DNA of 64,000 nucleotides from an uncultured bacterium (GTDB lineage: Bacteria; Chloroflexota; UBA5177; JANWHV01), in the NCBI GenBank assembly GCA_963827235.1, contig CAWHAE010000012.1, positions 1,440,001-1,504,000 on the forward strand, written 5' to 3'. The notes under the pieces are model-generated. The model was not told where the DNA came from and did no database searches. It was given only the letters and a program-made list of their open reading frames with translations. A program made the position numbers and the translations under genes. Shown here piece by piece: positions 30,088 to 40,325 of the stretch (position 1 is the first letter of the stretch; every line of letters begins with the position of its first letter).

Positions 30088-30600
30088 GTCCACCGTCCGT
30101 CGACCGATACAGCAGTGAAACCGAACTGAGCAGCAGCGTATTGGTAGCGGACAGTCCGACGATGGCCACCGGGACACCTCGCACAGGCACTTGACGTCCC
30201 CAGTGTGCGCCGCCATCGACTGACTGGAAAACCGAACCCTCCAGGAGGAGCATGCCCCAGGTTGCAAGAAGCTGGTTGCCGGCCCACGGGACGGCAAAGA
30301 GTGTCGCCAGGTCAGTGGGCACGTGGTGCAGGATGCTGCCCGCCACGTGCCAGGTCTGCCCATCGTCGGACGACTTGAGCAGGACGAGCGGGCTCTTCTG
30401 ACCGGCGCCAGGCACCACCGCGGCGACGAACGTGCCGTCGGCCAGGGCGACCACGCCAGGGGCGTAGGCCAATCTGGGACCGACCGGTTGCCAGGATCGA
30501 CCTGCATTTGTGCTTCGCGCGAGGCCCTGCGCGCAGAGAGGCTTGGCCAGGAGCTGATCCTGCGGGCAGTAGAAGGCGAGCACGAGGGTGCCGCGTGGAG
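29925..30600 (-). pseudogene. BNR/Asp-box (sialidase/Ycf48-like) propeller gene fragment, frameshifted near 30062
   Basis: Asp-boxes RSTNAGRSW, KSSDDGQTW, QSVDGGAHW, RSTDGGRSW, RSSDDGRTW over two frames; in-frame stop just upstream. Confidence 0.7.
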
Positions 30601-30870
30601 AGGATGCGCCACGCGCGAAAGACCATCACTCATTCCCCCAATCAGCCGCGATCTAGCCGTGAACGGTTCGCTACAAGCAGTCCCGTAACCCAGGGGATCT
30701 CAGATCGAGACAGCGACCACCGCCCAAACAGTGCATCCCGGTTTGAGCGTCGACGGTGTCGGGCACGAGCCATGGGCCCACGAGCGCCAAGCAGGCTGAG
30801 GGCGTCGTTGGACCCAGAGGGCGCGGCCCTCAGGTGGATGCTTCGGAGATGTGGGACCGCGAGCGGCCGG

Positions 30871-32025
30871 TCACGAGAGCGAATACCACGTGCCGCCTAC
30901 CTCGAACTTGTGATACAGGCCGTGGTCCGTGCCGATCACGAACAGATCGACTCTATAGCCGCCAGCGCCACCATGTCTGCCGCCGAAGTAGTCGCTCACG
31001 GCGCTCAGGTCACCGACTGTTTGACCACCAAGGTTTTCGAATGAGGTCGTTCCCGGGTGCCAGCTGGTGCCGTCCCAATACTTATCATAGACCGCGTGAT
31101 CGGTTCCCTCGGCCAGGACGTAGAGGTTGTTCGCGAAGACGACCTGTGGATTGCCGCTCAGGTGCCCGCCCAAGTTCTCAAAGCCGTGGGGAGATGGTGC
31201 CCACGCTCCGGCGTACGGGTTGTAGTACTTGTGATAGAGTGCCTCGTCGGTGCCCACAATGAACACGTCCAGGCGCTGGTACACAGACCAATTGGTCGCC
31301 ACCGTGGGCTGTCCCACAATGATCCCGCCGAGGTTCTCATAGCCCGTTTCCGATGGGAGCCACGTCTCTCCGCCATTCGAGTATTTGTGGTACAGCGCAT
31401 TATCGGTGCCGACGATGAAGAGGTCGATCCGCCCAGGGGCCGAGGAAACCACGGTAGGATCGCTGATCGTGATGCCGCTCAGGTCCTCATACGATTGCTT
31501 CGAAGGGAACCACGCCGTGCCGTCGAACGACTTGCGGTAGACGGCATCATCGGTGCCCACCACAAAGACGTCAAACCTGCCGGCACCCGTGGTCACGGCG
31601 GCCGGATTGCCGACCACGATGCCGCCGAGGTCCTCGTAGCCGGTCTGCGACGGTTGCCATGCGGCACCGTCGTAATACTTGTGGTACAGCGCATGATCCC
31701 CGCCCACGACAAACACGTCGAGCCGATTCGGACCATCGTGGATGACCGCCGGCTTGCCCAACACATAGCCGCCCAGGTCTTCGAAGCCGCTGGCCGGCTG
31801 CCAGCCGGCAGGCGTCAAGATCTTGTGGTACAGGTGATGATTTGTCCCGACGATGAAGGTGTCGACGCGGTTCGTCTCCCCAATGCTCACGGGAGCGCCG
31901 ATAAAGTTGCCACCCAGTGCCTCGTAGGCAAGTGTCGCCGCGTGCCCTGGAGTGGCCGCGCCTGCCGATAATACGCTCCCCAGTAGTACGCCGAGGGCAA
32001 GACGCCAGACCTGTGTACGCTTCAC
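30871..32025 (-). CDS. Secreted PLL/fucose-lectin-like seven-bladed beta-propeller
   Basis: GGAGGAG RBS + GTG; signal peptide; about 7 repeats of R(L/I)DVFVVGTDHALYHK...W.PS..GYEDLGG. Confidence 0.85.
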   Translation of the reverse strand: MKRTQVWRLALGVLLGSVLSAGAATPGHAATLAYEALGGNFIGAPVSIGETNRVDTFIVGTNHHLYHKILTPAGWQPASGFEDLGGYVLGKPAVIHDGPNRLDVFVVGGDHALYHKYYDGAAWQPSQTGYEDLGGIVVGNPAAVTTGAGRFDVFVVGTDDAVYRKSFDGTAWFPSKQSYEDLSGITISDPTVVSSAPGRIDLFIVGTDNALYHKYSNGGETWLPSETGYENLGGIIVGQPTVATNWSVYQRLDVFIVGTDEALYHKYYNPYAGAWAPSPHGFENLGGHLSGNPQVVFANNLYVLAEGTDHAVYDKYWDGTSWHPGTTSFENLGGQTVGDLSAVSDYFGGRHGGAGGYRVDLFVIGTDHGLYHKFEVGGTWYSLS

Positions 32026-32027
32026 GT

Positions 32028-32180
32028 TTCTCCTCCGTTGCCGAGTGCATGGCGGCCCAGTGCTGCGCGGACTCGACCACCTGATCGGTGTTCGTCGCTG
32101 CCCGGCGTCTACCGCTATGTTCAGTCTGCGGCGGGAGGGTCCAGGTCACCACCCAAAAGCCACAAGGCAAGCCCCAAAAT
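32028..32180 (-). promoter_or_regulatory. Conserved promoter/leader element, copy 2
   Basis: Reverse complement aligns to 9461..9614 and ends in the RBS used by the lectin-like gene. Confidence 0.75.
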
Positions 32181-32459
32181 GAACGCCTAATCTCAAGCCG
32201 CGGTGAAACACGCACGGGCGGAATGGATTCCGCACTTGGCGACACCCGCAAGCGGGTCCCCGGAGCAACCCCGGGATGAATCCGCGGGGCATCGTCGCGG
32301 TGCGTAGAATCTCGTCGTGGCATCACAATAGTCGAACCAGTAGTCCAGCGTGATCTCGGCGCGCCGGCCTCGAGCCGCTCCGGGGGCCTGTGCTATTCTG
32401 AGGAGTAATGGCATGGGCAGGCGGCTGGTAGGCTAGTCCGGCGGCAGCGCTGGGAATGG

Positions 32460-35400
32460 GTGCGGACGATCGAGAAGGAGCTGCCTATTCCTCTGAGCTC
32501 ATTCCTGCTCAGGAGCCGCAAGCGCGCCGAGCTGACCCAGGAAGAACTGGCGGAGCGCTCGGGCGTGAGTGTCAACACGATCGGCAACCTGGAAGCCGGT
32601 CGCGGACACCTTCCTCGGCAGTCCACTCTCGACCTGCTCGTGGATGCGCTGGCAGCGGCATGTGCGATGAACCCGCAGGAACGCGCCGACCTTGCCCAGG
32701 AATTCCAGTCGGCCGTCCGCGATTCCCAGGCACGGCGACGCACCGCTGGAGCCGAAGCGCAGGTCGAGCATGAGCGTGCACCTGCACTTCCGGCGGCGGG
32801 TACGCTCACGTTTCTGGTCTGCGCCGGCGTACCGGACTCGGCGCGACAGGCCGAAGTCACGCGGCAGCCGCGGGGTGGCCTCGCCGCGCTCCTGCCGCAG
32901 ATCGTGAACCATAACGGCGGCGTGTTGCTTGAGCCGCCGGATGAGCACTCTGATGCCGTGGCCGTGTTTGTCGCCGCCGATGCCGCGCTTGCGGCCGCGG
33001 ATGCGTTGCTGCGGGCCCTGCGCGAGAGACCGGCGACGACGGCTGGTGGCGATTCGGCTGGGGTTGACGTGCCGGTGTGCCTGGCCTTGCACGAAGGATG
33101 GGCGCAGCCCGGTGCGGGAGACTATGGCGGGGCAACTCGCCGGCGCGCGTTGCGGCTGGCTCGTCTCGGTCACGGCGGCCAGGTCTTGCTCTCACAAGCC
33201 ACCAAAGAACGGCTAGGGCGCACGCTGCCCAAGGGTCTACGCCTGCTGGACCTGGGGACCTACAGCATGAGTCCGGTAGAGCGCCCTCAGCCGATATACC
33301 AGCTGCAGGCGGATACCATCCCCTCGTCCTTTCGTCCGCTCCGCACGCTTCAGGTACCGCCAACCAACCTACCCCTGCAGCCCACGAGCTTTATCGGGCG
33401 GTCGCCGGAGCTGGCGGCGGTCGAGGCGCTGCTGGCGGGAGCGCCACTGGTGACGCTGGTGGGGACGGGCGGCTGCGGCAAGACTCGCCTCGCCCTGCAG
33501 TTGGCGGCCGAACTGCTGGATGGGTACCGCGACGGAGCTTGGTTCGTAGAGCTGGCACCGTTGCCGGACCCAGCGCTGGTAGCGCAGGCGGTGGCCACGG
33601 CCCTGGAACTGCGAGAACAGCCCGGCCGACTCCTCCTGAGCACGTTGCTCGAAGCCCTCAGGGGCCGCCGCCTGCTGCTGGTGCTGGACAACTGCGAGCA
33701 CCTGGTGGAGTCCTGTGCGGTGCTGGCAGCCGCGGTGTTGCGGAGCTGCCCGCACGTGCAGCTGCTGGCGACCAGCAGAGAGCGGTTAGGCATCCGGGGC
33801 GAGAGTCTCTATCGGGTGCCGTCTCTCACGCTGCCCACTGCGGGTGCGCGCAGTACAGAAGTCGAGCTGCAGGCATACGAGAGCGTACAGTTGTTCGTGG
33901 ACCGAGCGCGCGCCAGCCATGCCGAGTTTGCCCTGACTGCCGAGAACGCGCACGCGGTGGCGCAGGTCTGCGCGCGGCTGGGCGGTATTCCGCTGGCGAT
34001 CGAGTTGGCGGCAGCGAGGACGCTGACGCTGCCCGTTACGCAGATCGCGGTGCGGCTGGACCAGAGCATGGGAATCTTGACCGGCGGACCGCGGGACGTG
34101 CTGCCTCGCCATCAGACGCTGCGGGCGGCGCTGGACTGGAGCTGGGCGCTCTTGAGCGCGCAGGAGCAAGTGGTGCTTCGGCGGCTGGCGGTCTTCGCCG
34201 GGGGATGTACATGCGTCAGCGGCGGAGCGAGTGTGCGGGGGATCGCGGATACCGAGCGGTTGGAGCAGTGAGGAGCAGGCGGGTCGGGTCGGAGGGGCCG
34301 GAAGTGGGGAGGGCGGGCTCGAGGACCGGGAAGTCCTGAGTCTGCTGGATAGACTGGCTGAGAAATCGCTGGTAGGACTGGTGGGGACAGCCGACGAACC
34401 GCGGTATGGGTTGCTGGAAACGGTGCGGCAGTACGCGGCGGAGCGACTGGCAAGCGCGGGTGAGGAGCAAGCGCTGCGGGATCGGCACCTGGCGTGGTGC
34501 CTTGCGCTCGCCGAGGAATCGGAGCCGAAACTCAACGGACCGGAGCAAGCTGCCTGGCTGAGACGGCTTGAGATCGAGCATGATAACCTGCGCGCGGCGC
34601 TGGCCTGGGCGCATCGAAGTGGAGATCGCGAGCGCGAGCTGCGACTGGCGACGACACTTCATCGTTTCTGGAACGTACGCGGTTATCTCAGCGAGGGCCG
34701 AGCCTGGCTAGAGGCGGCACTGGCATCGGATGGTGGAGCTCGTGTATCAGCAATGGTTCGGGCCGGAGCGCTCAACGCGGCTGGTACCCTGGCGAGCAAT
34801 CAAGGGGACTACACACCTGCTTCCGCACGTTTCGAGGAGTCACTGGCCCTGCAGCGTGGGTTGAACGACACAGCCGGCGTTGCATCTTCGCTCAACGGCC
34901 TGGGGAACCTGGCGTACAGGCAATGCGACTATCCGCGTGCCATCGCCTTGCACGAGGAAGCGCTGGCCCTGCGACGCGCGCTAGGAGACGTGCGCGGCGT
35001 CGCCGCTTCGCTCAGCAACCTGGGAGTTGCCGTTGCTTTGCAGGGCGACCACACACGCTCCGCGGCCCTCTTCGAGGAAGCTCTCCTGGTGCAGCGCGAA
35101 GCAGGAGACGCGTGGAGCGTCGCCGCTTCACTGAACAATCTGGGCCTTGCCCGGGACATGGAAGGCGAGAACAAGCGGGCGGAGGCAGCGTTCGTAGAGG
35201 CGCTGGCACTGCGACGCGAGCTTGGGGACCTGCACGGCGTCGCGGTGACGCTGCGGAACCTGGGGCGGCTCAGGTACGCGAACGGGGACCACGCGCAAGG
35301 GAATGCGTTGCTGGAGGAATCCCTGGCGCTGCGCCGAGAGCTGGGTGATAGGCTCGGCGTTGCCGACGCGCTCGACTATTTGGGGAACGCGGCCTACCGC

Positions 35401-35802
35401 AGGGGCGATCATGCCAGAGCCGCGGCGATGCTGCGGGAGGGTCTCGAGATCAGTCGTGTGATCGGAGCCGCCGACGTTACGCTTGAGATTCTGGAGAACC
35501 TTGCCGGCGTGTTCGCCGCGTACGGGCAGCCGTACGAGGCAACGCAACTCTGCGGTGCCGTGCAGGCTCTGAGAGAGTCGATTGGTGTGCGACCGCAGCC
35601 CGAGGGTGAGGCTGTAGGCGGGCAGACGGCATCGACCACTCGTGTTGCTCTGGGTGAGCAGCTATTCAATGCGGCATGGACCGCAGGGCGGGCGATGTCG
35701 CTGGAACAGGCCGTGGCGCTGGCGCTGACCGAGGGACCGGGCCAGGATGAGATGCCCACCGGCACCACCCCAGCCCAGCGCCAGAGCAGCCGGCGGCGGT
35801 AA
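32460..35802 (+). CDS. XRE-HTH + degenerate class III cyclase-like domain + NB-ARC/STAND ATPase + TPR regulator, frameshift near 34213
   Basis: LTQEELAERSGVSVNTIGNLEAG; TLTFL..., LALHEG, GHGGQVLLS; NLP..PTSFIGR, GTGGCGKT, LVLDNCEH, GIPLAIELAA, RHQTLRAALDWSW; second frame LLETVRQYA..EHDNLRAAL plus TPRs. Confidence 0.88.
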
Positions 35803-35852
35803 GGATTGCGCACCAGAACGAAGATCGCGCGACGCCGGCCTGCCTCGACAGC

Positions 35853-36902
35853 TTATGCCGCCTTCTTCGAGTGGCGAAGCAACCCCAGCCGCACCAGGCT
35901 CTCGGCGGTCGCGAGTATGGCGTCGTCGTTCGATCGCGGCGCCCAGCCCAGCACGCGCCTGGCTTTCTCATTGGTGGCGCTCTTGATCTCACCCAGCTCG
36001 GGGACGATTTGCTTGAGCGACGGATCGACCAGCGAGGCGATCCGCACCATCCAGTTGGGCAGGCTCCTGGTCGGAACTCGGCCGGCCGCAGCGCCCATGC
36101 GGGCCTTGAGCAGGCGGGCGATCGCCTGCATGGTCATGAAGTCGCCGGCGACAGCCAGAAACCGCTCGCCCTTGGCGGCGGGATTGGTCATAGCGCGCAG
36201 GTGCAGGTCCGCCACATCCCGCACATCCACGATGCCAAACGACAGGTGAGGGATGCCGGGCACCGCGCCGTCCATCAAGCGCTGCACTATCTGGATGGAC
36301 GTTGAGAAATCCGGCCCGAGTACCGGCCCAAATACGCCGACCGGATTGACGACAGCAAGCTCCAAGGCGCCGCCTTCGCGGGTGACGAAGTCCCACGCTG
36401 CACGCTCCGCCAGGGTCTTCGATTTCACGTAGGCGCTTATGCCGGCGCCGGCCAGGTCAGTCCAGTCCTCCTCGGACGCAGGCCGATCGGCCCGCTTGCG
36501 GCCATATCCGATCGCGGCAAACGAAGAAGTCAGCACGACGCGCTTGACGCCCGCGTCCCGCGCCGCCCGCAGCACGCGGAGCGCGCCGTCGCGGGCCGGG
36601 ACGATCAGGTCGTCCTCGTGTTTTGGCACTGCCATGGGGAAGGGTGACGCGACGTGCAGCACAAAGTCGCAGCCGGCCACGGCTTCCGGCCAATTTGCGT
36701 CGGACGTGAGATCGGCGGCGGTGAATGAGAGGGCGCCCCCCGGTTCGGCACCGCCTGCCTTGAGCAGTGCGCGCACCTCGGCTTCACGCTTGAGCGAGCG
36801 TACGGTCGTGCGCACGCGATAGCCTGCCCCAACGAGCTGCACGATACAGTGGGCGCCGATGAACCCCGATCCGCCCGTCACCAGCACCAATTCGCCACTC
36901 AT
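35853..36902 (-). CDS. NAD-dependent epimerase/aldehyde reductase (dihydroflavonol-reductase-like extended SDR)
   Basis: AAGGAGG RBS; VLVTGGSGFIG, VLHVASP, TSSFAA, YVKSK, VDVRDVA. Confidence 0.92.
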   Translation of the reverse strand: MSGELVLVTGGSGFIGAHCIVQLVGAGYRVRTTVRSLKREAEVRALLKAGGAEPGGALSFTAADLTSDANWPEAVAGCDFVLHVASPFPMAVPKHEDDLIVPARDGALRVLRAARDAGVKRVVLTSSFAAIGYGRKRADRPASEEDWTDLAGAGISAYVKSKTLAERAAWDFVTREGGALELAVVNPVGVFGPVLGPDFSTSIQIVQRLMDGAVPGIPHLSFGIVDVRDVADLHLRAMTNPAAKGERFLAVAGDFMTMQAIARLLKARMGAAAGRVPTRSLPNWMVRIASLVDPSLKQIVPELGEIKSATNEKARRVLGWAPRSNDDAILATAESLVRLGLLRHSKKAA

Positions 36903-37243
36903 GCCGGCCTCCTTATTCGTCCGCTGATCAGCCGGCCTTCGCGACAACGCCGTACCGGCCGAACCCCGCCTCATGCAATGCCCGATGATACAGCTTTCTC
37001 CCGGCGGAGATGTACCGTGCGACGGTCGGTACTGCCCCGCCACGCTCGTTACGAGCACTCGGCGAGAGCAACCTGATGCTCGACTGCTTCAGCGCGAGCC
37101 CCGGCATGGAAAGACACAGCGGTTTTGGCAGGCGCGAAGCTCGACGCATCGTCGCCTACCCGCCGGCCTCTGCACCGACCGGCGTCTCCTCCATTGCCCG
37201 GCGGCTTGCCGGACCTCGGCGAGCCATCGTGCACGCATCGGTG

Positions 37244-38020
37244 TCACGACGCCGGTACCGCCGCGCCGGCGGACGCTAGTCGCCGAAGACCGGCCAGGCC
37301 GGCAGCCAGAAGCAGCCCCGCGGCCAAACCGATGCTCGCCGTGATGGCGACGTGGAGGACGAGCATTCCTCCGAGCACGGCACCGGCGAACATGGCGGCG
37401 ACGGCGAGGAGCCGGCGAACCGGATGAGGATGGCTCCCGCCGGCCAGCCGTGGATCAGCCGCCAGGCCGGTGAGAGTCAAGGTCAGGACGGTAGTCGTCA
37501 GATCGGGCACTGCCAGGCGCCGAGCCGTGGCGTTCTGCAGTCCCATAGGCAGCGCCAGCAGTACCACCAGGACATAGCGCGCGGTGCTGCTCACCGGGCT
37601 ACCACCAATAGCCGCCGCGACCAGCGCCGCGGTGACCAGCGCCCATTCAATCAGGATCGCGGTGACCAACAGGCGCGTTCTCTGCGCGCCCAGGCGAACA
37701 CCGAGGCGTCCACCGGCAGCGGCACCGGCCAGAAATGCGGCCACCGCGGCGAGCGATGTGGTGATGGACAGACCGCTCGCACCGGCGAAAGCAAAGCCCA
37801 GGAGCACGATGTTGCCGGTCATATTGGCGACAAAAACGTGGCCCAGCGCGATGTAGCTGGTCGCATCCACGGCACCCGTGACGATGGTCAGGGCCAGCAG
37901 CAAGGGCGGCAGCACGCCGTCCGGATCGGCGCGGTCGGGTATGAGCGTCCGCGCCAGGCCGGTGAGCGCCTGCATCGGGCGCCCCGGTGCAGGCGCGGCG
38001 CTCCGACTGGAGGAGGGCAT
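37244..38020 (-). CDS. YoaK/DUF1275 family membrane protein
   Basis: GAVDA.SY..LGHVFVANMTGN, MGLQNA, DLTTTVLT motifs. Confidence 0.9.
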   Translation of the reverse strand: MPSSSRSAAPAPGRPMQALTGLARTLIPDRADPDGVLPPLLLALTIVTGAVDATSYIALGHVFVANMTGNIVLLGFAFAGASGLSITTSLAAVAAFLAGAAAGGRLGVRLGAQRTRLLVTAILIEWALVTAALVAAAIGGSPVSSTARYVLVVLLALPMGLQNATARRLAVPDLTTTVLTLTLTGLAADPRLAGGSHPHPVRRLLAVAAMFAGAVLGGMLVLHVAITASIGLAAGLLLAAGLAGLRRLASAGAAVPAS

Positions 38021-38095
38021 AGGTATGCTCCCGTGGAGACCACTGGTCGTCGGAGTAGGAGCCGGTCGTTGGGACGCAACATTGCGCGGCAGGAA

Positions 38096-38146
38096 AGCGT
38101 GGCCGGCGCACGGCCGTCACGTTGGCGGCCGTGCGCCGGCCACGCT
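38096..38146. repeat. Long GC-rich inverted repeat (24-bp stem)
   Basis: AGCGTGGCCGGCGCACGGCCGTCA-CGT-TGGCGGCCGTGCGCCGGCCACGCT (one G-T pair). Confidence 0.8.
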
Positions 38147-38303
38147 ATCGCACACGGATCAGCGTAGGCTGCACGGGGATAGGAGTAAAGCGGACTTAGC
38201 CATGTACACGTCGACGGCATCCTCAGGCCGTGCTCGGGATCGCCCGGATCGCGGCCAGTAGCCGCGTGCATTCCTGGTACTCGTTTCGACGTATCGCCAG
38301 GAG

Positions 38304-38558
38304 GTGCTCTTGGCGCTTCTATCGGTAGGGGAGTGCGCGGCGTGTGCGGGAAGCGGACAATGGATGGGCGTTGCGGATGCTGCCCGGCGTCTCAACGTAT
38401 CGTTGTCGCGGGTGCGCTTCCTCGCCAAGCGTGGTGACGTTGAGTCGGTGCTGATGCCGTGCGGCCGGCTACTGGCGCGCGCATCAGTTGAGCGGTATGA
38501 TTCCACACGGCGCGGGCCTGGCAGACCCAAGAACGCAGAACGCTCCGCGTCAGCATAG
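38304..38558 (+). CDS. Small excisionase-like HTH protein with C-terminal AT-hook-like motif
   Basis: MGVADAARRLNVSLSRVRFLAKRG.V...R...SVERY followed by RGPGRPK; start could be 38364. Confidence 0.6.
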   Translation: MLLALLSVGECAACAGSGQWMGVADAARRLNVSLSRVRFLAKRGDVESVLMPCGRLLARASVERYDSTRRGPGRPKNAERSASA

Positions 38559-38779
38559 CTGAGCAGAGCGTCTGGCGAGGTGCGAGAGGCGCTGGTAACG
38601 CCAACCGACCGCTGACACGTACGCTTCTCGGGTCGCAACGATCGGCCGTACATGCTAAGGAAACAGTATACGCTGGCGCACCATTTCGCAAGTGTGCAGC
38701 GTTGCTACCTCGGATGCGTGGCGCGCCTCCCGCGAGTGGGAAGCGTTGAGGCATGGCACACGGTTGCACGCCTGGAAGC

Positions 38780-39175
38780 GTGCACGCAGATTCTTCACCC
38801 CCAGAGGATGCTCCCTCGAGGATCTCCCGGGCGTTGCCTGCCTGTCCCACGCGTGCAGCTGCCGAGGGTACCGCGCCTCGATCTCGGTGAGGAACTGCCC
38901 GGTCCACTCCCCGTAATCGATCTCTCGCAAGCCGGAGGTACGTGCAGGCGTCACACCCACGCCGGCAGCAATCATCTGGGAAGTCTGTGCCGCGCATCGC
39001 AGTTCGCTCGAGTTGACGGCGCTGATCGGCGGCTCTTGTCTGCTCAGCCACGCAGCCACCGCGCCAGCCTGACGAATCCCCAGGTCATTCAGCGGAATGT
39101 CAAGCTGCCCCTGGCAGCGCGGCGCGGGATTCCACGCGGTCTGGCCGTTCCGTACCGGGTAGACCGTGGTCACGT
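38780..39175 (-). pseudogene. Degenerate histidine phosphatase (PhoE/CobC-like)
   Basis: VRNGQTAWN...QGQLDIPLNDLG..QA, SSELR.A.QT, LREIDYGEW.G; catalytic RHG has become RNG and the C-terminal half is missing. Confidence 0.7.
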
Positions 39176-39443
39176 GGACGGGTCTGGCATGGCCCGGCCC
39201 TCTCCCTCCCGCGTTCGCGTTGAAATATAGACGAAATACGAGCTGGTGTGCCGTCGTCGACCGCACCCGGCAGGGTTGCCCGCGCTCGATCTCATGCCCT
39301 TCCAGATATCCGTTCATGCGTTCACCGGCGCGCCACCGGACTGCTGCTAGAATGGTAAGGCGAGCGGAGCCGCCAGCACGCCGGCAACCACCGATCGCCC
39401 AGTGATGGCAAACATCGTGGCAGACGGGAAGCGAGGGATCGGG

Positions 39444-40052
39444 ATGCGCGTTCAGACGTGGTCGATTCTGGTCTGTGTGTGGCTAGCGGCAGGCATGTTG
39501 ACGGGCGCCGGCACCGTGAGAGCGGCAGGCACCGCGCTGCCCACGGTAGCAGCCATCCAAGGAGGCTCCGCGCAGGGTGCGCTGACGACGACCTGGGCGC
39601 TGGGCAGTGCCAACGGAGCCACGGCGCCGAAGCCGACGACGGCGCGCCCCCTGATGGCGTTGCTGACCTGGAGCTATCTGCCGTATGGGTCAAGCATGCC
39701 CCAGTACACGGTGTCGACGGTACTGTTTGGCAACGGAACGAGCACGATACTCACGTCCATGCGCGCGCTCTACGAAGTGGCCCGCGCCACGCCTTCGCTC
39801 TATCTGGTCCTGGGATTGACGGGCAACGGGCGCCAAGCCGGGCGGCTCGGCGTACTGGCAATCGACACCTACCACTACACCGCGAATACCGTGCTCCACG
39901 GCACCGCGGCCACGTACAATACCGCGGCATCGTGCGGCGTGGTGTTTGCCGCTGCCGGCAAGAGCTATACCGTGCGCGGCACCGCGCAGCCCGGGCCCGG
40001 CGGCGCGGATTTCTCGCACGCGCTGCTGGCCGGCGCCGCCGCCTGCTCATAG
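39444..40052 (+). CDS. Secreted hypothetical protein
   Basis: Signal peptide MRVQTWSILVCVWLAAGMLTGAGTVRA; Ala/Thr/Gly/Tyr-rich mature part. Confidence 0.7.
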   Translation: MRVQTWSILVCVWLAAGMLTGAGTVRAAGTALPTVAAIQGGSAQGALTTTWALGSANGATAPKPTTARPLMALLTWSYLPYGSSMPQYTVSTVLFGNGTSTILTSMRALYEVARATPSLYLVLGLTGNGRQAGRLGVLAIDTYHYTANTVLHGTAATYNTAASCGVVFAAAGKSYTVRGTAQPGPGGADFSHALLAGAAACS

Positions 40053-40325
40053 AGCAGACTGATCGGATCAGCAATCCCCCCGCAATGCGCGGATAGTGCT
40101 GATCGCTGCGCGATTGCACCACTTTATCCCCCATTCGTGCCCTTACCATCGTGCTTCTCGTAAACAAGACTCGCGCGCCGATAATAAACAAAGACCCCAA
40201 CCGCGCACATGCCGGTACCCGGTTCTGTTCGGGCCGGCCTATCGGGCGGGACCGGGACGTTGCCCGCGCGATACGGCTTTCGCGTCACCAGCTGCTTTCT
40301 CGGCGAGCCTGAAAGGACGGACCCC

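Noticed and set aside
37049-37234. 61-aa ORF as a RiPP precursor or real small gene
   Set aside because: No leader motif, weak RBS and no modifying enzymes nearby
38780-39175. Functional cobC alpha-ribazole phosphatase
   Set aside because: Catalytic His replaced (RNG) and C-terminal half missing; not linked to the riboswitch transcript
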